Positions 9,591-18,650 of a stretch of 64,000 nt of DNA are shown piece after piece. Under the pieces are notes generated by a model. That model was given only the letters and a program-made list of their open reading frames with translations. It was not told the DNA's origin and did no database searches. The DNA is from an uncultured virus (IMG/VR IMGVR_UViG_3300005533_000011) (taxonomy: Duplodnaviria > Heunggongvirae > Uroviricota > Caudoviricetes), in the IMG/VR virus record IMGVR_UViG_3300005533_000011; one strand, 5' to 3'. The translations under genes and the position numbers were made by a program. Every line of letters starts with the position of its first letter. The first letter of the stretch is position 1.

Positions 9591-9619
9591 ATGATACAGG
9601 GAACGGATTCACGATTCAA
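9591..9619 (-). promoter_or_regulatory. Sigma70-type promoter
   Basis: TTGAAT-17 bp-TATCAT on minus strand upstream of 9566. Confidence 0.5.
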
Positions 9620-9660
9620 CGACGGAGAGGAAAGACGCGCGGAAAATCCGAGAAGCTCGA

Positions 9661-10125
9661 TCAGTCCCGGACGAGGAAATAGCCTCCCACGGCGATCACG
9701 GCCAGGCCGGCGAGCGCGGCGACGGGCATGACCCAGGAAGGCGCCTGGCGGACTCCGCAGACGACCTGCGGGTACCCGGACTGGTAGTCGATGTTGAAGA
9801 CGAACTGTTCGAAGAAGCGCTCGCCGAGCAGGACCTGGTCGGATCCCGGAAAGTCGTGGACGAGGACCTGGGCGTTCTTGGCCACGCAATTCGGGGACCC
9901 GTCGATTCCGAGCGAATCGATCTGCATGATCGGCACCGGCGTGTTCCCCGCCGCGGTCATGATGTACGTGTTCCCCACCGTCGGAAGGCCCAGCCGCTGG
10001 GCGAGGTTCGGGGTGATGCTGGCGAGACCCTCGTTGCCGGTGTCGACGCCGGCGGAGACGACGATCTGCAGGCCGCGGTGCTGAAGCACCACGCTCGCCT
10101 TCGGGATCCGGCCGAGTCCGCTCAT
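9661..10125 (-). CDS. Retropepsin-like aspartic protease with C-terminal TM anchor
   Basis: VDTG catalytic motif, flap TAAG, LLGERFF motif; hydrophobic C-terminus. Confidence 0.8.
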   Translation of the reverse strand: MSGLGRIPKASVVLQHRGLQIVVSAGVDTGNEGLASITPNLAQRLGLPTVGNTYIMTAAGNTPVPIMQIDSLGIDGSPNCVAKNAQVLVHDFPGSDQVLLGERFFEQFVFNIDYQSGYPQVVCGVRQAPSWVMPVAALAGLAVIAVGGYFLVRD

Positions 10126-11318
10126 AGCGCCACCCTCATGATGAAGGCCGGGGCCGCGGAATGGGTCGCGCAGCCCGGAACCTCCACGAATCCATGCCTT
10201 TCGTAGAACCTGACCAGGTCCTCATGCCGCCCGTACTTCGAGTAGACGTCGAGGAACACCGCCGAAACCCCCGCCTCCTTCATTTGCCGGAGCCCCTCCT
10301 CAAGGAGATCGCTCCCGATTCCCTGGCCCTGCCAGCGCTCGGGGACGTCGACCCTCAGGATGAACCCCACGAGGCTTCCTTCTCTCAGGATACACGAACC
10401 GAGGCCCCCATAAAGGTGTTCGGTGAAACGCGCCGCGAGGGCCTCCTTCCCGACCACCGCAGAGAGCTCCGCCCCCGTCCGGCGATCGAGGACGGCAAGG
10501 CGCCTGCCGCCCCTGTCCGGGTACCACCCAACCTCGAACTGACCGGCAGCTCCCAGGCTGCTCCCCGATTCCATGCCGAAAAATCCACGCACGGCAGCCG
10601 CCAGCCGGTCGTACTCCCGGGCGGCTTCCTCGGGGTCCGGGAAGGCCATCATCATCTCGCGCCTGTATTCGTCTACCGTTGCCCGGCCTCCCCGGAACCG
10701 CCCGGTCAGCACGTCCTGCGCGAAGATGGCCTCATGTCGGCTCCCGAAATTGAGGATTTCAGGCCGGATTCCAGAGACTCCGGCCAGAATCTCCTCCTCC
10801 CCGCGCTCCAGGACTTCCAGGAAGGTATCCTCGACGGACGTCGACGCGCCTCTCTGGGTCTTGAATTTCATCGCCCGGAGCTGCCCATCCGGAAATGCCT
10901 TCTGGGCGAGCTCGATCAGGGCGGGGACGTAGGCGATCACGTTCTCAGACCGGATTTCATACCTCAGAATCCAGGGTTCACGGATTTCCACCTTCCCGGG
11001 CCGGTAGACGACCCCAGGGAGCTCCAGGGAGAGCTTGACGGCCGCGACCGGGTTCAGGGTCGTGTTCGCCACCCTCTCCCTCTCGATCGATGCGCCCTCT
11101 GGGACCATCACCGTGCGGTAGACCCGGGGAGCCGCTCCTGCCCGTTCCTCCACGGCCTCTGTGGAAATCCGGGAAATCCAGGGCTTGGATTCGGCCAGAT
11201 CCAGGATCCGGCCCTTGGAATAATCCAGATCCCGCGCGATTTCGAGCACGTCGGCCCTCGAGAGGGTCTCTCGGGGCGCCCCCAGCTCATTTCCTTTCCA
11301 GCCGCCGAATCCAGCCAT
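10122..11318 (-). CDS. Multidomain protein with C-terminal GNAT acetyltransferase
   Basis: VDVPERWQGQGIGSDLL acetyl-CoA motif A; RFYERHGF. Confidence 0.75.
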   Translation of the reverse strand: MAGFGGWKGNELGAPRETLSRADVLEIARDLDYSKGRILDLAESKPWISRISTEAVEERAGAAPRVYRTVMVPEGASIERERVANTTLNPVAAVKLSLELPGVVYRPGKVEIREPWILRYEIRSENVIAYVPALIELAQKAFPDGQLRAMKFKTQRGASTSVEDTFLEVLERGEEEILAGVSGIRPEILNFGSRHEAIFAQDVLTGRFRGGRATVDEYRREMMMAFPDPEEAAREYDRLAAAVRGFFGMESGSSLGAAGQFEVGWYPDRGGRRLAVLDRRTGAELSAVVGKEALAARFTEHLYGGLGSCILREGSLVGFILRVDVPERWQGQGIGSDLLEEGLRQMKEAGVSAVFLDVYSKYGRHEDLVRFYERHGFVEVPGCATHSAAPAFIMRVAL

Positions 11319-11332
11319 TTTTAGGCCCGGAA

Positions 11333-11380
11333 TTTAAAAGATGTTTAAAAGATTGAGGAAGCGGATTCCATTTAAAAGAT
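11333..11380. repeat. Three copies of TTTAAAAGAT in an AT-rich intergenic gap
   Basis: Copies at 11333-11342, 11344-11353 and 11371-11380. Confidence 0.8.
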
Positions 11381-11392
11381 TCATTTCGACAA

Positions 11393-11830
11393 TTACACTC
11401 CCTGGAAATTCCGGACCTCCTCCGGAAGCTGGAGCCAGCCGTAGACCTCATCCATGGTCTTCTTGCCGTGGATGAGCTCTTCCTTCGAAAGGGTGACGGG
11501 GATCCAGGGCGAGAGGCTGATCGGCCGGACGCAGAGCTCGACGTGGCCGTCCGGATACTCCCCGCGGGCCTTGCATCGTTCGTCCAGGACCTCCTCCACG
11601 TCGCCCTTGCCGTCTTTCCGCTCCTCATCCGTCTTCAGCGCCCAGCCGTAGAACCTCGTGAACAGCTTCCGGACCCCTTCGATCTTCTCCACCGGCACCG
11701 GCACGTGGAAATCCTTGATCGGGGTCACCACGAGGACCTCCGCGTGGCCGTCCTTGAACCCGTAGAGGACCTTCACCTTCGGGCTCAGGACCGAGATGAA
11801 GGGCTCCTTCTTCGTGGCCGTGTCGCTCAT
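11393..11830 (-). CDS. Hypothetical protein
   Basis: Typical codon usage; ATGA coupling to upstream gene. Confidence 0.7.
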   Translation of the reverse strand: MSDTATKKEPFISVLSPKVKVLYGFKDGHAEVLVVTPIKDFHVPVPVEKIEGVRKLFTRFYGWALKTDEERKDGKGDVEEVLDERCKARGEYPDGHVELCVRPISLSPWIPVTLSKEELIHGKKTMDEVYGWLQLPEEVRNFQGV

Positions 11831-12555
11831 ACCGGCTCCTTCCCGATTTCCAGCCCGTTTTTCCAGACTTCTACCGCCAGATCAGTCGGCAAGGCCCCAC
11901 GCCAAACGATCTCTGATTCGGTACGCCCCGGCAGCACCGCCCTGGAATTCTCGCGCAGAAATTGCAGAGCCCCGGATCCTGAAAGCTCATTCCGGACCCG
12001 GATTTCCTTGAGGCCTTGCAAGATGGCATCGCGCGCGTCGGCCGGCGTCCTCCAGTCCGGACTGGCCAGGACCTCCTGGACGAACCTCGTGTAGTGCTCC
12101 AGCAGGTCTACGGGCCTCACGGTCGCCCCCCAGTTCACCATGTTCTCGGCGTCGAAGACGAACCCGCTCTCCCCGCGCCGCGTGTGCCAGCCTCCCATCG
12201 CCAGGAAGACGCATTCCGCGTCGCCGGCGAGCAGGTCCTCGCACTCCAATCCGGTCGTCAGGCGGTAGGGTGAGCCTTCGATCTCGGCCAATCCGGGGGC
12301 GATGATGCCCCGAGCCTCCTGGATTCCGCTCAATGAATCCGCGTACACTGCGGCCGCCTCCGTCAGCCCCTCGAGGGCGACCGGATGGCCCTCGAATCCG
12401 CGCTTCAGCGCCTTCATCGTAATCCCTACCGCCTTGCAAAGCCGGAAAACCTGCGCGGGTTTCAGGAAATAGACGGTCGGCAGGATCCCCCCGACCTCCA
12501 GGATGAGATCCACGTCGTCTGCTTTCCGCGTCTGGTGGTAGGCCTTGATCATCAC
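11827..12555 (-). CDS. Possible ADP-ribosyltransferase-fold protein
   Basis: N-terminal YHQT...I...GILP, central VFLA and C-terminal ESEIVWRGALP resemble the His-x-Thr/aromatic/Glu ART pattern. Confidence 0.4.
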   Translation of the reverse strand: MMIKAYHQTRKADDVDLILEVGGILPTVYFLKPAQVFRLCKAVGITMKALKRGFEGHPVALEGLTEAAAVYADSLSGIQEARGIIAPGLAEIEGSPYRLTTGLECEDLLAGDAECVFLAMGGWHTRRGESGFVFDAENMVNWGATVRPVDLLEHYTRFVQEVLASPDWRTPADARDAILQGLKEIRVRNELSGSGALQFLRENSRAVLPGRTESEIVWRGALPTDLAVEVWKNGLEIGKEPV

Positions 12556-12586
12556 AACCCGAAAATCATGCAGGAAATCCAGGGCT

Positions 12587-13528
12587 TTACTTCTGGAACT
12601 CTCCAGGCATCCTGAAGACGATGCCCGGCTCCGGGTTCGAAGGAGCCCGGTCCACGAGGTCCGTCAGAAGGGCGTAATCGCCCACAGAACGATCCAAATC
12701 CTCCACGGTGACTTCGGCTGCGTAGAAGGTCTCCAGAAGCGCTCTAAAGTGCCTTGTAGACGCTAGGCCGAAGGCCCTGGTGATCTCGATGACCTGGTGT
12801 GGAGGCGCGTCGACCTTCATCTGGTAGAAAAGCAGGGTCGGAAGCTTCGCGGTGTCGAGCGGGGTTCTTCCGCCGGTCCGATCGGCGTATAGGGCGAGGG
12901 CCACTTCCAGAACCGCATGGGCGAGCTCGTACCAGGTCCGGATTTCCAGCCTCGCAAGGGCCTCGAGCGCCAATTTCGGATCCGGATCCCCCTCCTGGAC
13001 GCCGAAAAATGCCCCGGAAAGGAGCTGCAGCATCGCCTCGGTGTTCGATTCGGCCCTGAGTTTCTGGATTTCGGCTTCGACCCCCTTTTCCTGGATGGTC
13101 TTCAGGGAAGGCTGCTTGAATTGCAGGAAGACGCGTCCAGATCGGCCCACCGCGGCCATGAAATCGGTGAAATCCTTCCACCCCTCCGGGCCCAGGATCT
13201 CCTCGAGGCGCTTCGGCAGGACCTTGAAGGCCTTGATCAGGATCCCTTTCCAGGCCCGGGTCCGGAGCGGCTCGAAAAGGACCTGCTGCTCCTCGGACAT
13301 GTTCGCGAGCGAGATGAAGCCCTCGATCTCGATCACCATGGTCCGATAGGGAAAGACCTGAGCCTGCATCTGGCCAAAGGGTGCCGCGACGACCGAGAAA
13401 TTGTCGAGAAGGCCTTCCGTGACGGCCTTCTTCAAGCGTCCTTCGATGTCCCGGATCTCCCGATCCTCCAGGTCCGTGTACCAAGTGTGAGACATGCCCT
13501 TGCCGGACGCGGTGACGACGAGAAGCAT
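12587..13528 (-). CDS. Hypothetical helical protein
   Basis: 313-aa ORF in operon orientation, 6 bp from neighbour. Confidence 0.65.
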   Translation of the reverse strand: MLLVVTASGKGMSHTWYTDLEDREIRDIEGRLKKAVTEGLLDNFSVVAAPFGQMQAQVFPYRTMVIEIEGFISLANMSEEQQVLFEPLRTRAWKGILIKAFKVLPKRLEEILGPEGWKDFTDFMAAVGRSGRVFLQFKQPSLKTIQEKGVEAEIQKLRAESNTEAMLQLLSGAFFGVQEGDPDPKLALEALARLEIRTWYELAHAVLEVALALYADRTGGRTPLDTAKLPTLLFYQMKVDAPPHQVIEITRAFGLASTRHFRALLETFYAAEVTVEDLDRSVGDYALLTDLVDRAPSNPEPGIVFRMPGEFQK

Positions 13529-13534
13529 GGTCGG

Positions 13535-13846
13535 CTACTCGACGATGTCCGATTCGATCACCGAGACGCTCTCCCGGTGCCCGTATTCGCTCCGGTAGTC
13601 CTCCCACTCGGCCAAGGCGTCGTCGTTCCGTTTGTCCTCGACGGACTTCAGGATCTCATTGAGCTTCTCGGGGTTCTCGTCGTCCTCCTGCCATTCGAAC
13701 CCTCCCAGCTCCGCCTGGGCGATCCCCTTGATGGATTCCGCGGCGTGGGCAAGGGCCGCATCCTTCTTGGTGAAGACGAGAAAGACAGGCCCGTCGGAAT
13801 CGTTCTCGTCGCTGTAGATGTAAATCCAGACCGTCTTGTTCGGCAT
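13535..13846 (-). CDS. Acidic hypothetical protein
   Basis: GGAG RBS; typical codon usage. Confidence 0.65.
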   Translation of the reverse strand: MPNKTVWIYIYSDENDSDGPVFLVFTKKDAALAHAAESIKGIAQAELGGFEWQEDDENPEKLNEILKSVEDKRNDDALAEWEDYRSEYGHRESVSVIESDIVE

Positions 13847-13952
13847 GAGGCATCTCCCACTTGATCCGGTCCGTGGGGGAGACGGTCCGACGCTCTTCTT
13901 TACCGCAGTCCGGAGGGAAAGTCAAGGACGCGCCGAGGCCGCGGGCGTGGAA

Positions 13953-14327
13953 TCAGTGTCCTGCCGAGGCGACCTGAGGACGCACGCTGCAGATTTCGTT
14001 CCCGAGCAGGTCCGTCGTCAGCGTCCAATCGCCGTCCGCGATCGGGTCGGCCGTCACCGCCATGATCCAATTGGCGACGTTCGCCGGCACCGAACCGTTG
14101 TCGATCCCCTGGCTGAAAAACATGAGGTTCGGATTGAGCTGGGGCGGCTGCTGGAGCCGGAAATTCAGGACCGGGCCTTGGACTACCGACAGGGCGGCGA
14201 TGACCGGCTCCGGAGGCTGGGTCTGTGGGGCCGCCTCGGTCGCCATGACGTAGAAGACCGAGTTGTTCGGGACCGACCCGGTGTCGAGCCCGACGATGGA
14301 GTTGACGAATGTCGTCGTGAGGGGCAT
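13953..14327 (-). CDS. Putative structural protein
   Basis: Beta-rich, T/V/N/P-rich; coupled to the upstream fibre module. Confidence 0.6.
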   Translation of the reverse strand: MPLTTTFVNSIVGLDTGSVPNNSVFYVMATEAAPQTQPPEPVIAALSVVQGPVLNFRLQQPPQLNPNLMFFSQGIDNGSVPANVANWIMAVTADPIADGDWTLTTDLLGNEICSVRPQVASAGH

Positions 14328-15115
14328 CAGCCGACCCTGAGCATCATCCTCATGCTGTTGATCGCGCCGGCCACGGTCGACCGGAAGAAGGCGAGCGTCG
14401 AGTCGTCGACGGCGATCTGCTTGATGACCCCGTACGGCACCACGGAGTCGGTGACGTAAGTCTGGTAGATCTGCGTGCCGAAGGCCACCTTCCCGGAAGG
14501 ATTGATCGTCGCGTCGAAGGGAAAGACCTGGACGTTCCCCTGGAAATCGACCAGTCCGACGACAGCCCCGTCGTCCTCGACAGACCAGCTTCTGAGACGG
14601 TTCCTGACGGCGGGATTGGTATTTTCAAGCATGAACCACTGGCTGAACTGGTTGGCCTGGCCGTCGACGGTTCCGCCGCTGTTTCGCAGGGCGTTTCCCA
14701 TCACGTAGGTCTGGTTGGAATTGATGGGATACCCGTTGGGATCCAGCATCATGGCCCCAGACCATTCCGGCACCGCCCGCAGGGACTCCAGGTAGAGATG
14801 GTACTGCCCGCTGTAGTAATTGATCGTGGTCGGCGTCGTCGCGTCGATGTCGATCTCGCGATCGCAGAGCACGATATTGTTCTGGTCCTTGACGATCCAT
14901 TCCAGTCTCTGGGGCGTGGTGGCCACCACCGTGACAGTCATGAACCGCCCTGCCGCGTCGACAGGGGATTTGAAGACGCCCGCAGAAGGGTTCGTCCAGG
15001 CCGGCGTCTGGGTCGTCAGGATCGTCGTCAGGTCGCTGATGATCGTCGCCACGTCCGTGACGCCCAGCGTCGTGTTGAAGAAAAAGCTCGACTGGAGAAA
15101 ACGCGGAACCGTCAT
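14327..15115 (-). CDS. Putative spike/receptor-binding protein, paralog B
   Basis: ATG 15115 (ATGA overlap); full-length similarity to 15112-15906 (DVATII, QTPAWT.P, FKSPVD..GRF, CDR.I.I, NYY.GQ). Confidence 0.6.
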   Translation of the reverse strand: MTVPRFLQSSFFFNTTLGVTDVATIISDLTTILTTQTPAWTNPSAGVFKSPVDAAGRFMTVTVVATTPQRLEWIVKDQNNIVLCDREIDIDATTPTTINYYSGQYHLYLESLRAVPEWSGAMMLDPNGYPINSNQTYVMGNALRNSGGTVDGQANQFSQWFMLENTNPAVRNRLRSWSVEDDGAVVGLVDFQGNVQVFPFDATINPSGKVAFGTQIYQTYVTDSVVPYGVIKQIAVDDSTLAFFRSTVAGAINSMRMMLRVG

Positions 15116-15906
15116 GCGACCCTCACTGCAACTTTCATGCCGTCGACCTGCCCGAGTCCGCCGATCACCCGGAACGTTCCGAGAACGAGCCCGGTGGTGT
15201 CGATGGGCACCGTCTTGAGCGTGCCGGCCGGAATGCTCTGGTCGCACAGGTAGGCCTGGTACATCCTGCCGATCCACTCGTTTGTGCCGGCGATGTTGAT
15301 GAACATGTCGACCGGGAAATATTGGAGGTTCCCGGCTCCATCGCGGAGCCCTGGAACGGCGCCGTTCGTGGCCACGCCCCAGGCCCTGAACCTCGACTGA
15401 TCCGATGAGCTTCCATTGTCCAGGGCGAATTCCTGCCCGAAGGTGCTGCCCCCGCCATCGATTCCTCCGCCGGCGTTCCGGTAGCCGTTCCCCCATACGT
15501 AGTTTTGGATGGCGTTCTCCGCGAGAGGCGTCTCGTCCAGGATGCCGCTCTGCGCGACCTCGGGAGTGGCCACCAGGATCTCGATCCAGGCGTGGAACTG
15601 TCCGGTGTAGTAGTTCACCGTGTCTCCGCCGCCCGAGATCTCGATCGACCGGTCGCAGATCGTGATCGCATTCTGGTCGGTCACGATGAACTCCAGCTGC
15701 GTCGCGGAGAGCCTGTTCAGCGTCACCTCGAAGAATCGCCCGACGCCGTCCACCGGAGACTTGAAGGTGTCCGCGACGGGTTCCGTCCACGCCGGGGTCT
15801 GCCCGGTCACGCGCGCGCGGAAATCCGTGATGATCGTGGCTACGTCCACGATGCCGCCGTTCGTGAAGAAGTCGAAGCTCGAGGCGAAGCAGGGGAAAGT
15901 CGTCAC
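15112..15906 (-). CDS. Putative spike/receptor-binding protein, paralog A
   Basis: Tandem paralog of 14327-15115, directly after the collagen-like gene. Confidence 0.6.
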   Translation of the reverse strand: MTTFPCFASSFDFFTNGGIVDVATIITDFRARVTGQTPAWTEPVADTFKSPVDGVGRFFEVTLNRLSATQLEFIVTDQNAITICDRSIEISGGGDTVNYYTGQFHAWIEILVATPEVAQSGILDETPLAENAIQNYVWGNGYRNAGGGIDGGGSTFGQEFALDNGSSSDQSRFRAWGVATNGAVPGLRDGAGNLQYFPVDMFINIAGTNEWIGRMYQAYLCDQSIPAGTLKTVPIDTTGLVLGTFRVIGGLGQVDGMKVAVRVA

Positions 15907-16961
15907 ATGGACCTCACGTACATGGAAGCCGTCTCACCGACCGTCGTCGTACCGACCTGGACGATCTGGGCCGTCACCTGCGTGAAGGCAGGGATCACCG
16001 TGGGCCCGATCGCCAGCGTCCCGCTCGTCGTCCCGGCGGTGACCGTCACCGTCCCGAGCAGCGTCACGCCCATAAAGAACGAGACCTTGACGTCCTGGCC
16101 CATCGATGCCTGCTGCAGGTAGACGTCGAGGCGGTTCGTGGTGACCGGAACCGTCTGGGCCTGGATCGGAATCAGGTCATTCTGGATGGTCGAGAGCGTT
16201 CCGGAGAAGGTGAAGAGGAAGTCCGTGGCGCCTCCGCCGCCGGTGCCGGATCCCTGCGGTCCCTGAACGCCTTGGGGTCCGGGGTTCGTGCCCTGGAATC
16301 CCTGGAAGCCCTGGTTTCCCTGTGCTCCCTGGGAGCCTCCCTGCATTCCCTGTATTCCCTGAAGCCCTTGTGGCCCCTGAGCGCCGGGATTCGTGCCCTG
16401 CAGGCCTTGATTGCCCTGGTTGCCCTGCGCTCCAGAGCCCGTCAGGCCCTGGAAGCCCTGGTTGCCTTGAGCGCCATTCGTTCCGTTTGTGCCGGTGCTG
16501 CCCTGGAGGCCCTGATTTCCCTGGGCGCCGCTGCCTGTCAGACCCTGGAAGCCTTGCGACCCTTGGGCTCCCTGTCCTCCGGATCCCTGAGAGCCCTGGT
16601 TTCCCTGGGCGCCGCTGCCCGTCAGACCCTGGAAGCCTTGCGACCCTTGGGCTCCCTGCCCTCCGGATCCCTGAGGGCCCTGGTTTCCCTGAGGGCCCCC
16701 GAACGGCCCGGGGACGCCCTGATTGCCCTGGTTTCCCTGGACGCCTGGAGCTCCCGGAGCCCCGGGGGCACCCGGCGCGCCCGGAGTCCCCGGACCTCCG
16801 CCGCCCCCGCCCCCGCCGCCTCCTGAGACAAACGGCCATGCCGGAGGCGGAGTCAGGAGCGGAACAATTTCGAGGAGATCCGCCGCGAGCACAAGGGAAT
16901 TGGCATAGATGACCCGGCCGTCGGTCATCCTGATGGATCCGTCCGCCTGGCGTGTCGCCAC
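15903..16961 (-). CDS. Collagen-like fibre protein
   Basis: Long G-x-Q/G-x-P triplet tract with interruptions, poly-Gly hinge, beta-rich C-terminal head. Confidence 0.85.
   Translation of the reverse strand: MATRQADGSIRMTDGRVIYANSLVLAADLLEIVPLLTPPPAWPFVSGGGGGGGGGGPGTPGAPGAPGAPGAPGVQGNQGNQGVPGPFGGPQGNQGPQGSGGQGAQGSQGFQGLTGSGAQGNQGSQGSGGQGAQGSQGFQGLTGSGAQGNQGLQGSTGTNGTNGAQGNQGFQGLTGSGAQGNQGNQGLQGTNPGAQGPQGLQGIQGMQGGSQGAQGNQGFQGFQGTNPGPQGVQGPQGSGTGGGGATDFLFTFSGTLSTIQNDLIPIQAQTVPVTTNRLDVYLQQASMGQDVKVSFFMGVTLLGTVTVTAGTTSGTLAIGPTVIPAFTQVTAQIVQVGTTTVGETASMYVRSM
16519..16690. repeat. 84-bp tandem duplication inside the collagen-like gene
   Basis: Unit encoding QGNQG(P/S)[22 protein letters not shown] occurs twice, near-identical at DNA level. 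Confidence 0.8.
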
Positions 16962-17010
16962 GGAACTCTCTCCGATCTGGCGGGCGGAAATACCGATCGG
17001 AATACTGCTC

Positions 17011-17034
17011 GTCGGAGGAGGGGGATCCTCCGAC
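17011..17034. other. Intergenic hairpin upstream of the collagen-like gene
   Basis: GTCGGAGGA-GGGGGA-TCCTCCGAC, 9-bp stem. Confidence 0.45.
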
Positions 17035-17072
17035 CGGAATTCTAGTTCATCGGCGGATGGAATACAAGCGAC

Positions 17073-17465
17073 TTACTTCGGCCGCGTCCATCCGATGACC
17101 TGGTCGATCAGGGCCGTGAGACACTCGTCGCAGCCCTCGGCCGCCCCGAGAAGAGGATTGATCGGACGCTTCTCCTCGATCGACAATCCCGGATGGCTGG
17201 AGCATTTCCTCATCATCGCTCGGATGTCGCCGCACGGAGAAAGGTCTGGACCCGGCATGGCCGGAGCAGCCCGCCCCAGGATCTTCTGGGCGCATGAAGA
17301 ACCCCTCATGCCAGCTCGGAGCGCTTCGCATCCCATCCTGAGATTGTTCAAGCGCTCGATCGTCGCGGCCTTCTCGGAATAGAAGACCGGCGTGGCGGTC
17401 AGCATGTCCCGGACGATCTCGGTCAGGTCCTCGACCGCTTTCAGCGCGTCTCCCACGTCGTTCAT
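17073..17465 (-). CDS. Hypothetical Cys-containing protein
   Basis: GGAGG RBS; ATG 17465 in ATGA overlap. Confidence 0.6.
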   Translation of the reverse strand: MNDVGDALKAVEDLTEIVRDMLTATPVFYSEKAATIERLNNLRMGCEALRAGMRGSSCAQKILGRAAPAMPGPDLSPCGDIRAMMRKCSSHPGLSIEEKRPINPLLGAAEGCDECLTALIDQVIGWTRPK

Positions 17466-17923
17466 CCCGCCTCCTCCCAGGCAGTCACCCGGAAGCGGCC
17501 GTCGACCAGGCGCACCCGGAACATCCGGTCGAATCCCTCCTCCATGCTGGGCGCCTCGAAGCGCCGTAGCGTCGAAAAGATGGCCCGTTCGGGAACGCGC
17601 GCCTTTCCGAACCTCGACCGGTTCCTCTCGAGACTCCGCTCGGCATCGGACTCGAAGAAATATCCGAGCACCCGAGCGCCGGCCGCCTTCGCCTCGGCGA
17701 TGAGCGCCCCGCGGTCCGCGCGCGTCACGTTGGTATTGTCCACGACCACGGGACGGCCCTTCTCCAGGGCCTCCCGGAGCAGCCGCATCTGGCGGTCCTG
17801 GCGGCGCCTCGCGTTCCGGAAATTGTCTTTGCTGATGTGCCCGTGCGTCGAGGCGAAACACGTCCTGAAGAAGGACGTCTTGCCCGAAGCCTGCAGGCCC
17901 ACCAGGATCACCGCCTCGCTCAT
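17462..17923 (-). CDS. AAA_33-family P-loop kinase (polynucleotide kinase-like)
   Basis: ILVGLQASGKTSF, ISKD, VVVDNTN...R, FEAPS.EEGFD. Confidence 0.85.
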   Translation of the reverse strand: MSEAVILVGLQASGKTSFFRTCFASTHGHISKDNFRNARRRQDRQMRLLREALEKGRPVVVDNTNVTRADRGALIAEAKAAGARVLGYFFESDAERSLERNRSRFGKARVPERAIFSTLRRFEAPSMEEGFDRMFRVRLVDGRFRVTAWEEAG

Positions 17924-18555
17924 CCCGCCCTCAACGCGTCGATCGACGCCCTCAAGTTCTCGCGCGCGGCCTTCTCGTACAGCTCCCGGAAGATTCCCGT
18001 GCAGTAGATAGTGCTGCGAGCCAGGAACCGATCCAGGATCTCCGCGCGCTTCGCCCGGAAGATATTCCGGGGTACCCACCGATACTCCTCCGCGACCGCC
18101 TTCTCGTAAACCCAGAACGCCTCAGGCGGCTGCCCTAGGATCGCGAGGTCCGCGTCCGCGAATATCATCGTATCGGAGTCGGTCGCTGGCGCCGAATGCT
18201 TCGAGTAGAGGATCACTTTCCGAGAGATCTCGCGCACGTCCGGCAGGACGCCCGCGCGGTCGCAGAACCCTCCCAGAAGCTCCGCGCTCCGCTCCTCGTT
18301 CTTCGTGGACTCGGCATCGTACGATGCGTCATGCCACCAGATCGCGAGCTCGACGGCGACAGGATGCGTCGCCCGGAACGAGATCCTGTCGAACTCCGAC
18401 AGGCAGAAGCCCACGTGGTCGAGGTTGTGATACGCTCGCCGCGGCCGGGAATAGTTCTCCTCGAGGCCCTGGAACTCCTCGCCCGGGTCGGCGAGATAGA
18501 CGCCGAGGCGATCGCACAGTCTCGTCCAGCGTTTCCGCATCTCTCCCCGGTCCAT
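17920..18555 (-). CDS. HD-superfamily metal-dependent phosphohydrolase (COG4339-like)
   Basis: RAYHNLDH, AIWWHDASYD, NEERSA, DADLAILG, EEY motifs. Confidence 0.85.
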   Translation of the reverse strand: MDRGEMRKRWTRLCDRLGVYLADPGEEFQGLEENYSRPRRAYHNLDHVGFCLSEFDRISFRATHPVAVELAIWWHDASYDAESTKNEERSAELLGGFCDRAGVLPDVREISRKVILYSKHSAPATDSDTMIFADADLAILGQPPEAFWVYEKAVAEEYRWVPRNIFRAKRAEILDRFLARSTIYCTGIFRELYEKAARENLRASIDALRAG

Positions 18556-18563
18556 GGTGCCGC

Positions 18564-18593
18564 ATTATAGGTTACCGGTTTACCACTCGTCAA
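18564..18593 (-). promoter_or_regulatory. Sigma70-type promoter for the left arm with operator-like spacer
   Basis: TTGACG-18 bp-TATAAT; spacer contains GGTAAACCGGTAACC; ATG 8 nt downstream (possibly leaderless). Confidence 0.65.
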
Positions 18594-18624
18594 GAATGCT
18601 CTGGCGCGTTCCCGAAACGCGAGA

Positions 18625-18630
18625 TATAAT
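18625..18630 (+). promoter_or_regulatory. -10 box of the divergent promoter for the helicase gene
   Basis: Perfect TATAAT 20 nt before ATG 18651; GGAG RBS; no clear -35. Confidence 0.45.
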
Positions 18631-18650
18631 GCCCTGCCCTGGAGAGACGA

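Noticed and set aside
14327..15906. Diversity-generating retroelement target/template pair
   Set aside because: The paralogs diverge throughout, with no adenine-specific near-identical repeat and no reverse transcriptase in the window.
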